This document shows positions 10,621 through 23,012 of a stretch of DNA of 63,874 nt, piece after piece. Source of the stretch: Negaprion brevirostris (taxonomy: Eukaryota); NCBI GenBank assembly GCA_030324005.1, contig JARDVH010000099.1, positions 50,174,644-50,238,517 on the forward strand, written 5' to 3'. Position 1 is the first letter of the stretch, and each line of letters begins with the position of its first letter. The position numbers and the translations under genes are program-made. Below the pieces are notes generated by a model. It ran no database searches. It saw only the letters and a list, made by a program, of their open reading frames with translations, and was not told where the DNA came from.

Positions 10621-12644
10621 AATAATGAATTTTTTAAGTGACTATCATTGTTCACCCCCTTACCTCCATAATTTGTTCAAAACCAAATCTTAATTTATAT
10701 TTAATCATATTATCCTTAAACACAACATGAAATTACATGTTTTGATCCTTCTTCCCTTGAGAATCCTTTGTCATTTTGTTTCCAGTTAAACCAGTAACAT
10801 TCATCTTTAAAGTATTTCTGCTGCCCAGTTAGTTTCTCAATACAATTTTTGAGAAAACTGTCTCAAATGCATNNNNNNNNNNNNNNNNNNNNNNNNNNNN
10901 NNNNNNNNNNNNNNNNNNNNNNNNNNNNNNNNNNNNNNNNNNNNNNNNNNNNNNNNNNNNNNNNNNNNNNNNCATTTTTTGAGAAAACTGTCTCAAATGC
11001 ATTTCATGAACTTGTCCTCCAAACTACATTTGCCAATTTATAAGCTAAGAAATATATTGCAAGTAAAAAAACTGCAATTCTGAACTCATACATGTTATTT
11101 ATTGTTATAAGGCAAGCTAAATATTACTTTTAAAGAGATTATATTTTAAAATATTCATTTATCACTGATGCAGTGAATTGATACTCCAAGATCTTGCATC
11201 CTACGGTGCTAAGGTATGAATTTATGCATACAATTCCCCAACTGACAAAATTCCAATCCCGGCAATGTTATCCAAGTTAAAGGAAGCAGAGAGTATAAGT
11301 TAGACCCATCGACGTTAAAATATTATCAGCAATAAACAGGAAAGGGGGCAGAAACACAAAAACTTGAGGGTATCAGAGGAATTTTTGGCTTTAGGACAGA
11401 AAGGGATTTAACCCAAGTCAATAAAAATTAGTGTTTTGGGGCAGAGGTAGAAAAAAAAGATAAAAATCTCCTTCATCTATTTTCTGCTCATGTCTNNNNN
11501 NNNNNNNNNNNNNNNNNNNNNNNNNNNNNNNNNNNNNNNNNNNNNNNNNNNNNNNNNNNNNNNNNNNNNNNNNNNNNNNNNNNNNNNNNNNNNNNGAGGA
11601 AGAGCAGGAATCAGGCTCCTCCTACCTGCCAAATCATTGGTATTGCTAGTGGAACCCATTTAATCTAGACCACAATACTGACGGATGCGAGAAAAGAAAA
11701 ACTGGTTTCACCAAGAAAATGGTAACCATTTGGATTAGATATTGGAAATACTTTATTCTGGAAATTCTTCTTATTGAAGCTAATAATAACCAGTTTTAGT
11801 GCTTGTCTTGAATACTACATACTGAAAATATCTTCAAGGCGAGCATGGTAGTTTCATCGATTTTACTGCAGTCAGTTCTGAAGCAGACTTCTATCATTAC
11901 AGAATGGGAACGTATTATTTAGTGAGCACACTGTGATGGATTATCACAGACGATTCGACTGAGGCATTGCAACCAATCCAGACTTCAGTTCATGGTCTAC
12001 ATCATCACACCCAGCAACACTTGGCAGAAAACATCCAAAAGATATACTTTGGTGGTTTTCCTCTCTTTTCCCCCCCAAAACCATTACTGCTAACTGCACA
12101 GACACTTTCCTCGTCTATGTGGCTCACTTACTCACTGAATAAAATCAACAATTTGTAGGAGTAGCCTCTGTGCTTTTTTTTGAAACAAAGAAAGTTTTCT
12201 GCCATTACCTCTCTCTCACTGAAATTACTGAATTATGTCCTGTGAAATAACTCTTTAAAACACTCAAATTAGTTTAAGTCAAGGTTACCATCAGCCCATA
12301 TGAAGCCTGGACACTTCCTTTACATATTATACGTTAATGAAGGTAACAAAGTGATGAGGTATTGTAAGCCTTCTATTACAAGCAACGAAGTCAAATTTCT
12401 CTTCTAACTACTTGAATAATGGTTCCTGAATCTTTTAATCCATTGTCGTCCAACAGAAGTTACTGATGACACATATGTTGCTACATCAGCTTAGCTGCAT
12501 GCACTAATTTTAGTAGAAAATGCACACATACTTATGAAATGAGCCACATCTAGATTCCCAATTCCTCACATGACAATCATGGACGACATACGGAACAACA
12601 CAGATCTAACTGACAAATAATTAAAATGAATTTAAAATTTAAAA

Positions 12645-12905
12645 TGTATTCATTAGTGTCACAAGTAGGCTTACAGTAACACTGCAATGAAGTTACTGTG
12701 AAAACCCCTGGTCGTCACATTTCTGCACCTGTTCGGGTACGCTGAACATAGCCGGTGCACCTAACAGCTAGTATTTCGGACTGTGGGAGGAAACAGGAAC
12801 AGCTGGAGGAAATCCATGTAGACGCAGGGAGAATGTGCAAATTCCACAGTGATCCAAGCTGGGAATCAAACCTGGGTCCCTGGCGCTGTGAGGCAGCAAT
12901 GCTAG
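12645..12905 (-). mobile_element. V-SINE with alternative (type B) tail
   Basis: Same head and core as the HE1-like copies. The tail TTTTCACAGTAACTTCATTGCAGTGTTACTGTAAGCCTACTTGTGACACTAAT is shared with 17966, 28499, 42990 and 57862. Confidence 0.85.
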
Positions 12906-13029
12906 CTTGAAATTTAAGAACTCATTATTATAACCATATAATATTATAATCATCCTTTTTAATCATACACTCTTGTGAAGCCAAAACATTGTCAAGTAAT
13001 TGGCTGCAGACAGGATCATTAAACATAAT

Positions 13030-13355
13030 GGGTGGCACAGTGGTTATGGCAGCAAGATGGCACAGTGATTGGCACTGCTTCTCACAGCGCCAGGGACACA
13101 AATTCAGTTCTGGCCTCGGGTCACTGTTTGCATGGAGTTTTCACCTTATCCTCATGTCTGCGTGGGTTTCCTCTGGATGCCCTAGTTTCCTCCCACATTC
13201 CAAAAATGAGAGAGTTAGGTTGATTCGCCATGCAAAATTGCTTCTTAATCTCAGGGGGACTAGCAGAGTAAAATATGTGGGGTTACGGGGAAAGGGCCTG
13301 GGTGGGACTGCTATTGGTGCAGACTCAATGGCCTCCTTCTGTATGGATTCTATGA
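13030..13355 (+). mobile_element. HE1-like V-SINE, CR1-type tail
   Basis: GGTGGCACAGTGGTTA head, V core and tail ATGGCCTCCTTCTGTATGGATTCTATGA. Confidence 0.85.
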
Positions 13356-14789
13356 CTAATTCGTCAAAGGTGAAACCCTGGTAATCAGATATTAGTAATT
13401 CATGAGACCACACAAAGAACTAACAGACCTTCCCCCAAGTGATACACATCATAAACCAAAATTCTTCCCTCAGCAGAACTGGTTACTCATCTGATGACAA
13501 CTTTTGGACCTCAAGTGTGCAAAACGGCAGTTGCATTTACCAGTTTAGCAGACATAAAAATTTAATGTGAAGCGATTCATTAAAAATTTGAAGATGCATG
13601 TCAACCTTTGGGTCCATTTTCAGTTTTGGGCCCAATCTAAGTGCTGCTGGGAAGTTAACGGTGACAAATTTTACTTTTGGTGAGCATTTTTGTTTCTCTG
13701 GCTCCATGAGAATTTCAACAGAATACTCTTCAATTGTATTTCAAGCGGCCAACTGAAAGGCTGCTGGTTACGCTTTTAAATGCTTCATGCAACTGGGCAA
13801 AATCAAGCTGAGCCCTGTGGCAGACAGGTAGGTGGTCCAGGGAGTCACACACTTGCACTCCACCTCAAAATGGCAATAGCGGTGCCTTGGGCATCAACAG
13901 GACAACTAACCCCACCTAATTTTTAAATTCCGCTCACTTATTTGTCTGGTGGTAAGTGTGTGCCAACAGTTGAAAATCACCCTCTTGGCAAGACACCAAA
14001 CAATTATGTTTTTCAAGTATGTTCCCACAGGTAAATTAATAACACAGCTGCATATTCAGAACATTGACTATAACATTCTTTTTACCTTTAAGAATAAAAG
14101 AAAAATCAGTAACAACCACAGGAAGCCGCATACCAAGAACAGTAATCATCAATATCAACATCACTACCATTAACACTACCTAATTCTGAAGAACATACCA
14201 ACCAAACAGATAGTTCTCTCAAGGCCATTTTGAAGGCTAAACTTGAAGTGATTAAAAACCTGAATAAAAGAATAGGGTTTCAATAGATTAATGCACTGTA
14301 TATATTCATATCAGGGTTTTAGCTGAGGGTGCAGAATGACATTCAGTTAGCTTCAGTGGAGATCGCTTAATGCTCATTAAAGTAAGATGGGGAATTAATA
14401 GGGGTATGTTGGAATAGTTTCTGGGTGATGAGGCTTGTTTATTCAGTATTGTTTGCCTAAAATCAGTACAAAAATGGCTACGTAAATGTAAGTTGTTATT
14501 TCTAAGTACAGCCTATTAAAATTTGAAGTTTATCTCTCATCTTCTGTCGTACATAAAGGCATTAGTCTCTGGTGTGGCACCAGTAGGTTAGAAGATAGAA
14601 CATTACAGCGCAGTACACCGACCTGTGAAACCAATCTAAAGCCAGTTTACAACTATCCTGATGAACCTCAGCTACAGAGACTCATGGCTTATCTCTTCCA
14701 TGACGGTAACTTGCCCTGCCTCACTATAAGGATAAAGAAAACCATGGTGCTGTGTCAGGTGTCACACTTCTGCCCTTTGTCACTCAATT

Positions 14790-14930
14790 TGTAGGTTGGG
14801 TGGATTAGCAATGGTAAATGTGCAAGGTTACGGGAAAAGGTGGAGGGGACCTGGGTGGGATACGCTTTTGCAGAGTCGGTGCAGATGCAATGGGCCAAAT
14901 GGTCTCCTTCTGCACTGTAGGGATTCTATG
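14790..14930 (+). mobile_element. 3' half of HE1-like SINE
   Basis: GGGTCGGTGCAGA-like segment and tail CCTTCTGCACTGTAGGGATTCTATG. Confidence 0.7.
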
Positions 14931-15219
14931 GATAAATAACTCCCAACTTGAAGAGGCTAGAGAATTCTGCTACATTAGTTCCATGATGACAATCTTGACA
15001 CAGAACTTGATACGCATGTAGGGGTGGCAGCTTTTGGTTGACTCATGAAAAGTTAATGGAATAAAATCAGGCTGACACTCAGGCGCAAGATGCTGGTTTA
15101 TGAGACCTGTGACGTGTGACCGTGAAACAGCGACAACTTTACAGCTATGAAGAAAGTCAGCTCTGTGGCTTTCATCTTCACAGTTTATACCATATTCTGA
15201 GTAGCGCAAGGAAAAGAGG

Positions 15220-15425
15220 AGGGATTTCTCCGGGCTCCCAGCTGGTGTTTCTCAGCAGCAGGAGATGGTGTGTCATCCGCTAGTGGTAGGATTCTTTGGT
15301 CCTGCCGTTGTCAATGGGATTTCCCATTGCTATCACCTCATGCCACTGCGAAACCTGCAGGTGGGGGTGCATTGCCAGCGTGACTGGAGAATCACGCCAG
15401 CGTGAATGACCAGAGAATTTCCATC
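15220..15425. mobile_element. GC-rich palindromic MITE-like element (family also at ~4760-4930, 17788-17935, 26995-27115)
   Basis: Terminal GGGATTTCTCCGG / CCAGAGAATTTCC inverted repeats and internal GTCAATGGGATTTCCCATTG. The 17810-17930 copy has nested inverted repeats. Confidence 0.55.
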
Positions 15426-15514
15426 AAAATCACAAAGGTCCTCTGAAAGGCAAAAGTACTAAGTATATTGGAATCAAGCAGCAACAAGTTTGTCGGCTTG
15501 GGCATGTTCATGGT

Positions 15515-15812
15515 ATGGAATCATTGAATCCCTACAGTGCAGAAGGAGGCCAGTTGGCCCATCGAGCCTGCACCCATCCAGGCCTCATCCCCACAACCCT
15601 ATACATCTACCCTAGTGTTGGGGGGCTAGCTAAGGGGCAATTTAGCATGAATAATCCACCTATCCTGCACATCTTTGGGGAGGAAACTGCAGCGCCCAGA
15701 GGAAACCCAGGCAGACACAGGGAGAACGTACAACTCCACCCAACCTGGAATCGAACCTGGGTCCCTGGCACTGAGAGGTAGCAGTGCTAGCCAATATGCC
15801 ACCGTGCCACCC
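15515..15812 (-). mobile_element. HE1-like V-SINE, CR1-type tail
   Basis: B box GGTTCGATTCC on the minus strand, V core and tail CCTTCTGCACTGTAGGGATTC. Confidence 0.85.
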
Positions 15813-16544
15813 TCACATATGGTGAAGTAGCTGGAGCCAGAAGATCAGTAGAACACCCAAACCTCTGCCAAGGATGCTTGCATGATATGAGCTTTTAAAC
15901 ATCGACTTTTACACATGGGAGACATTAGCCAGCCACAGAAGAAAATGGCAGCATCTATGGCCAAAGGTCAGCATCAGGATGATCAGTGGCCACAGGTACT
16001 AACACCAAAAACAATAATCCTCAACGGCATCTGAATCACTTCTCATGAGGAAATGTCAGAGCATAAATACTGTTGTGTGCAATGAGTCCCAATTTATGTA
16101 TGATTGGAGGCATCCACTACCAATCTCAATTTAACATTTTGAGATGGGCTGTTCAGGGATTAGTTGTTAATGCACTTCTGAAAATTAGAATTTGAAATAA
16201 TTTTCTGTTCTTCCTAGAGGCACAACTAAATATTAGTTTTTCAGAAGGAGTGTTATGAATGTATTAGAAAGTGAAGAGCGTGTGTCTTTAAGTTGAGGTT
16301 TTATTTTCTGAGAAAATTGAAAATTAGGAATATATTCTTAGCAGGNNNNNNNNNNATGTTATTAAATCTCAGCTCCAAGAATATGAGAGAGAGGGGGGGG
16401 GGGGCGCGGGGCGGTATGGATCATCACACTCACCACAAGATGTGCAGAATGCTTCTCAGGTGTCTCCATTCTGATCCGATTTACTTTGTCTTTACAGTTT
16501 TTGCCTTGCTGGTTCTTGCAATACCATGTTGCAGATCACAGTAA

Positions 16545-16745
16545 TGATGTGGAGTTGCCGGTGTTGGACTGGAGTAGGCACAGCAAGTAGTCTCTCAATA
16601 CCAGGTTAAAGTCCAACAGGTTTATTTGGTGGCACGAGCTTTCAGAACGCTGTTCCTTCATCAGGTGAGGGCAATCAGTGCTCCGAAACTTGCGTTTCCA
16701 AATAAACCTGTTGGACTTTAACCTGGTGTTGTGAGACTACTTACT
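16545..16745. mobile_element. Palindromic Penelope pLTR-end insertion (minus arm 16545-16668, plus arm 16676-16745)
   Basis: Both arms match the 1433-1559 terminus. 16582-16629 is the near-perfect reverse complement of 16698-16745. Confidence 0.85.
16633..16667 (-). ncRNA. Minimal type I hammerhead ribozyme motif (Penelope-type), core intact
   Basis: Minus strand reads CAC-CUGAUGA-A-GGAAC-AGC-GUUCU-GAAA-GC-UC-GUG. It has both conserved boxes, a 5-bp stem II, a CAC/GUG stem I and a palindromic AGCU in place of stem III. Confidence 0.7.
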
Positions 16746-17965
16746 AGATTATAGTAAAGCAGCAATTAAATGTAAAGAGGAATGACCAACTGCATTGTTC
16801 ACATTTAACCAAGAGGATGTGAAGGGTAGAGGTTTGCCTTTGTTACTGTATGAGAGAGACTGCTGTGATGATATAATTATAACAAATATTTCATTATAAT
16901 TGTTTCTACAGCATTTACAGTAAGTGCCCCACAAAAATTCCATGCTGCAGTGACCCTCCAATCAAAATGTTTGCCTTTCCTACATGTTTACCATCTGCAT
17001 TGTATACAGCGAATAAACCAAATTAAAATTTAACTGTCTGTATTTAACCAAACATTTCTGTAAACTAGTCCAACAAACCAGTCCCACTCTAGCTGGGTAT
17101 TCCTGCTTTAATATGCAACATTATCTGATAGCACAACTTGACATCTGCAGAAGCAGTGAAACGTGTTATCTCTTCTGCATGTTTCCACCGAGTTAAGACT
17201 AGAGCAGTAACACCTCATAACCCAAGCATTTCACATACCGCTCTGCTAAACTTAATGCCAAATTCTCCCAAGATTTTCAGCCACATAAGGGCCTCCACAC
17301 AAATGCTTCTCTTAAAACTCCTGCACAGCACTCATGATTGTGTTGACATCCAGCTATAGACTTTAAGTTTACAGTCTGGCAACAGGAGGAATTCTTGAGA
17401 TGTTTAGCTATCTTTAACTGGAGCCCTTCTTGGTTTTGCCTCACCATGATCAGAACAGTGTATTTGATACTAGGGCCTAGACAGCGACAAAGAAGGAAGA
17501 GCACAATGTTCAAAAGTCATTCTCTTTCGTACTAAGCAGCTCAGAATCAAAGAAAATATGTCTACAATGCTTTTGCCTGTGCCATACAATTTTGTGTAAA
17601 CTTCTTTGCCAACAACAGCTAACTATTTTTTTAAACTGTAATTTTTGTAAGGATATGCATAATATTCTCCAATCAAAACAAACCTCACATTACTATCATG
17701 TAAAGTAAGTGTGTTTACAGGCATCTCTAATGAATAGAAGATTGTGTTTAACATGCACAGCACTCTAACTCTGCAGACGTATAGGTCGGAATTCTCCAGC
17801 CGTTCATGACGGTGGGATTCTTTGGTCCCACCAGCAGTACAAACCCTGCTGCGAGTTTCCCGGTGGCATGGAGTGACTTCAAACTGAATTCCCATTGACA
17901 GCAGTGGGACCAAAAGATCCTGCCACCAGCAAGTGGTGCGCAAGCTCTTGCCAACAAGAAAAACA

Positions 17966-18226
17966 GGCAGTACACACTGGTTAGCCTCACAGCACCAGGG
18001 ATCCAGGTTCGATTTCTGGCTTGGGTCACTGTCTCTGCCGAGTCTACAAGGGTCTCCTCCAGGTGTTCCAGTTTCTTCCCACAGTCCGAAAGATGTGGTT
18101 AGGTGCGTTGGCCATGCTAAATTCTCCCTCAGCGTACCCAAACAGGCACCAGAACATGGCAACTAGGGGGTTTTCACAGTAACTTCATTGCAGTATTAAT
18201 GTAAGCCTACTTGTGATACTAATAAA
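17966..18226 (+). mobile_element. V-SINE with type B tail
   Basis: CTCACAGCACCAGGGATCCAGGTTCGATT head and type B tail ending AATAAAAAAG. Confidence 0.85.
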
Positions 18227-18680
18227 AAAGAAAAATTATAACTTAAAACACTGAGGCAAGGCCAGAGAATCTCACCCATGGCAAATGCAAATATGACAGA
18301 ATTCTAGGCAAGTTCGCAAATTTCAAAACTTCTTTTTTGGCAACACCCTTTAATTTATCAGTAGACTACCTTACCCAAAGGGATGTTCAATATCTTGGCC
18401 TTCAATTGGAAGTTGGTGCTGAATGTCAAGTTGCTTTTCCATAGCAGTTAGCTTAATAGAAAAATGGATGTATTTCTAGATTAAAGGCTGAATAAGAGAC
18501 TGTTAATCTCTGGATGGACATTTGGGGCAAAGGTTTCAATCAGCAATACTTCTGGCTTTAGAAGAATTTCACCAAATTTTCCTCTCCCCCCACATTATAA
18601 TACCATTTATGGGAGGTTTATCTCTGGAAAAGACTTAAAGTAGGCTGGTCTGAGGGGGAAATCAGGAAACGTGACACATT

Positions 18681-21600
18681 CATTCCAGGTATAGTGGGCT
18701 TTTTAATTCAGTGTGCTTTCGACAACACATTCATTACTTTGAGACTTGTATTAATGATAATTGCAAGGTGTGAAGAACAACGCAGATTGGGAATCATTAT
18801 TAATAAAGCTTTGTGGAATGCATTACTTTACTGGAAAAGTGCACTGCTGAGCTTTCAGTGAATTAGTGTAGCCCTCCTGTTGTATAATCCATCCTCGGGT
18901 GCTGCATTACACACTCCGACTGAGCAGATCTCTTGTGAGGTGAATTCAAAATAGGCAAGAAGAATATAGCATGCTTTCCTCCTGCCTGAAAATAATTATC
19001 CTGGGTTCATCAAAATTCTACCTTCATGCCTTCAACAAGGAATTATGTTAAAACATTCTGATGCCTCCGAGCATCCTTGAGTTGTTTGTACATGCCACTA
19101 AAGTCCCTTTCGTGAATGTGGTAGCACAGTAACTAGATGCCAATCAGTCACAACAGTAATGCAAGTTAGTGACTATGGGATAGCAAGATGAAGACCACAC
19201 ATCCTGCATTCCAAAAAAAGCAGCTGAGAAAAAAAACAGAGTGCAAAGATTCCTGTGGATGAGACGTGTTGTTTTTGAATGAACTAAAAAAAATACAATA
19301 TTTAACTATTTTTCCCCAGAGCTTGTTGAACAGTTTGTGTTGGTAAGAAGCAAATTCCTTTTGGAATATTTTCTGCAGTGGTTAGGAAACGAGAACTGGC
19401 AGAACAATCTTGCTCTTCAAGGGACACACGAGATAGGAAGGAGGTAAGCACAGCAGGACGGAACGACTTTAGTGCATTTCAATGCTATGTTGGAGGAAAG
19501 GATGTACATTCCATGTAAAAACATTCCTGCTGGTAAGATTACTTCCTGGGTCTCATTGCCAAGGGGACGTATCCGGACCTGTGTCCACGGACAGGATTCC
19601 TTTTGGATCATTGTTACCCTGGTCCTCCTAACTGGATGAAATGCTTTGCATGTTAATTTTGAGGATGTGGATAACTGTATAATCCTATTAGAGTCAACAT
19701 CTCCTTCAAAGCTTAGTGAAATGAATTCATTGTATTAACATTATATTTTTAATGGGAAATTTGCTTTTCTTCAACTGTCACAAGTCAATGCTGAGGATTG
19801 GAATATTTTCATCTTAAATCACCAGTGCCAGCAGAATGCAGGCAGATATGGGTTAATGCAAAGCTCCATCTGCTCTCCCTCCACTGTGCCTCATCCTCTG
19901 GACAGTAACCACTGTAAGGATGTGACCTTTTCCCATTCCCTATCAGCAGCACAGTTCTATTGGGCCTCTCATATGGAAAGCAGTGTATTTACAGGTCCTG
20001 GTGACTAAATTTGAATAAAGAGCACGTGGGTGTCCCAGGTGATGTGTACCTCTTGGTAATTGCCTACTAATGTTGATGGTTTCAGTCCATTTTGGGCAAC
20101 CTCAGTTCTTCCCTTTGATCATCTTCCTCAAGATGAAGGGACACGACAAGAAAAAGACATCTTTGTTGCACAGCAAAGCTGCCAGATTTCAAAATTAAAG
20201 GTCTCAACCTGAGCACAATGCTTCAGCTTTCTGTGATTTTAAATTTGAAGTTACAGTTCTAATAACTTGAACAGAAATACCGCTCAGAACTTTGCCAAAA
20301 TGGCCACTTTGCAACACTTCCATTTTTCTACCCCAACTAGCAACATTATTTCTTTATTCACTTTGCTTTTGATGGAGGGAAACAGTGTTTCACATCAGAC
20401 ACTCAAAACATTATCATTCACTCAGTATGATTTACTGCAAGCAATGTCAGAAAAACTTCAATATACTGCCCCTTCCTCCCAAAAAATCTGAGGGAAAACC
20501 TAACACAAATTGCCCAAGTTGCAATGATTCAGCAAAACATAGGCATATGACAACTAATAAATGAATACAACATTACAATCATTAGCAGTTCAGTGAACTG
20601 ATTCACAAACCAACACAATGTGCTGGTAGCTGTCTCTACACTAACTTTGGAATAAATCTGTTTTCTTAAGCTAAGAATGTTAACCTTTTGACACCAGAGA
20701 CCTAAAAGGAACACTGTGGGTCTTTCAGTGAAAGACATGGCAGACCACGTTCTGATAAGGTTGGAATTTAAAAATCTTCTTTTCATGAAAATCTTTGAGT
20801 TACTGAACAATGAACATTCAATTCAGCTGTACAATGCAATGTACTCTCAAACTTTTTTTTAGAACAAATTCCATTGTTCTGATGAAAACCATTTATAAAT
20901 GTTTTGAATTTACTGTTTCTATGTCCTTCTATCAAACATCTGAAAATATATTTTGGAATGTGCCGACCGCTATAACTACTACATATGGGAGGTTCTCTGA
21001 GAAAACAATATTTGGAAATATATTTGCAAAATATATTTAACTAGATTGGTAACAGTCGGGAAGATACACACCCTGCTGAGTTTTCAGTCATTCCAAGAAA
21101 GTCATTGGCTTACATTTTGGAATGGAAGCATTTAAATATATTTGTTTGCAGTGTTGTAAAATCCCCTATCCATAGCTGGACAAGGTCCTGGGCACTGAAA
21201 CACTGGGGAGGCATAACTATGTGGAAAGTGAGGACAGTCCAGAAACAAGTTGGAAAACAAGCAGTATGACTTTACTAAAACCACAAAGCATTCTGCCAGA
21301 AACCTGGCAGTTTTCTGACTCTTCGTTTGAGACACCTATTTCATTTGAAAATCCTGATCAGCTTAAAATAATTGTCAGGTTTGATAGCATGTGCAGTATT
21401 TTGCTTTTGTCAGCTTTGACGGCATGGCATGGTTTGATGGCTTGAGTCACGCATTATGCAAATCCTTCTCTGGCATTCTCATTATACAAGTAGATTCCTG
21501 GCTTGGATTTGGAGTGGCAAAAAGGAAATTATTACAATTTCTTTTTCCATGTGGGGAACGGAGAAAACAGTCCATCTAGCAGGAACCTAGTCATACCTGA

Positions 21601-21698
21601 AAATAAAACCACTTAGGATACTTTTCTACACTAACGCTGCCATACAAATGAAAGTTGTTGTGACTATTGAATAGAATTAGGTCCCCAATTTAGGAATG
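18681..21698. promoter_or_regulatory. Candidate intronic TEAD/AP-1 enhancer cluster
   Basis: Ten CATTCC/GGAATG hexamers in a ~3 kb transposon-poor block, plus TGAGTCA at 21443. Confidence 0.5.
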
Positions 21699-21699
21699 T

Positions 21700-22165
21700 A
21701 GGAATTAGAAACAGAAGTAGGCAAATTCAGCCCGTTGAGCCTGCTCCGTCATTCAATCAGATCACAGCTGATCTCTCCCTGGTCTCAAATCCACCTCCCC
21801 ATCCGTTCCCCACATCCCCTTATCTCTTTTTTTGTTCTCTCATCCTTGAAACCATTCAATGATTCACATTCCACCGCGCTACGAGGCCGCTAGGTCCACA
21901 AATTCGTCACCCACTGCGAGAAGTGGTTCCGACTCATCTCGGTCTTAAATCTACCGCCTCCCTACCTATACCTGTGACCTGGTGTTCAAGATTGCCCCAC
22001 AAGATGAAACAATTGGTTTACATTTACTTTTATCAATCTCTTGTAAACTTAAATACACCTCAATCAGATCCTCTCTCAAGCTTCTAAACTACAGCGAGTA
22101 TAAGCCCAAATCTTTTAATCTCTCCTCATACATTAATTGTTTTATTTCCAGAATCTCTCTCATGA
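21700..22165 (-). mobile_element. CR1 LINE 3' fragment
   Basis: Similar to 10125-10620 and ends in an ...ACTTCTGTTTCTAATTCCTAC tail. Confidence 0.7.
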
Positions 22166-22569
22166 ACAGATTGGAAGACCTGTTAGGATTTCAGGCTCGC
22201 ACAAATATCCAGTGGAAACTGTTTGATTGTTTATGGATGAATCAACCTGGCAAGTGAGTCAAATATCTTCGTCTGCACGTGAATGAGGTTACAAGGCAAC
22301 ACAAGTTTATCAGAATCATTTTCACTCCATTTGCTCGGATCTTATAGCCTGTCCCAAGATTAAGGGAATTGGAGGAGTGAAAAATAAATGTCTCCAGAAC
22401 AGGGGGCAACTTTCCAGCTCACCCACAGTCCATGAGCAGAAATCCAAAAGCACAACGACGTCTATCCTGGAAAGTGCTCGTTTAACCATCAACAAAACTT
22501 GAAGGGCCTTACCTGCCAATTACAGCAGTTACCACAGACATTAACTTGGTTCTGTAGTCACACTCCAAC

Positions 22570-23012
22570 ATTCTTAGTTGGCAGTTGATAAGTTCAAGCC
22601 CAACTTCAGCATTTAATTACAAACCAAGCCAGCGTAATTGACCTAGTTGTATCCACTGAGGGTGAAATCGAGGTAGGTTCTCCATTTTGGTTCAAACATC
22701 CCAGATAGTCTGCTGGAACAATTAGAAATTATATACTGTTCCAGGTGAGACTTTCAGACGATCCACTGGGACAGGTAAATGAGGAAGTTGGATATCAAAA
22801 GCTCTTGTGGCACTATGGGCAGAAGTGCATAGAGCTCTCCCTGTATCCCTCCAACAATGCCTTCAACTTATATCACCAAAAACTGATAAAACAGTTGCGA
22901 GATAAATGATGATTTAATGAGATGCTGCCTTTTTTTTTAAGCAATATATAGTAGTCACTGCACGTCAATTCATTTATACATGAAGTGTTTTGATGCATTT
23001 AAATATGATAAA
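22570..23012 (+). mobile_element. Very old Deu-domain SINE remnant
   Basis: Weak colinear similarity to 45000-45340 (reverse) and 54150-54425. Confidence 0.45.

Noticed and set aside
10846-11002. Identical 27-nt sequence TTTTTGAGAAAACTGTCTCAAATGCAT on both sides of a 100-N gap, resembling a target-site duplication
   Set aside because: Most simply explained as overlapping contig ends left unmerged by the scaffolder; it cannot be treated as an insertion without reads.
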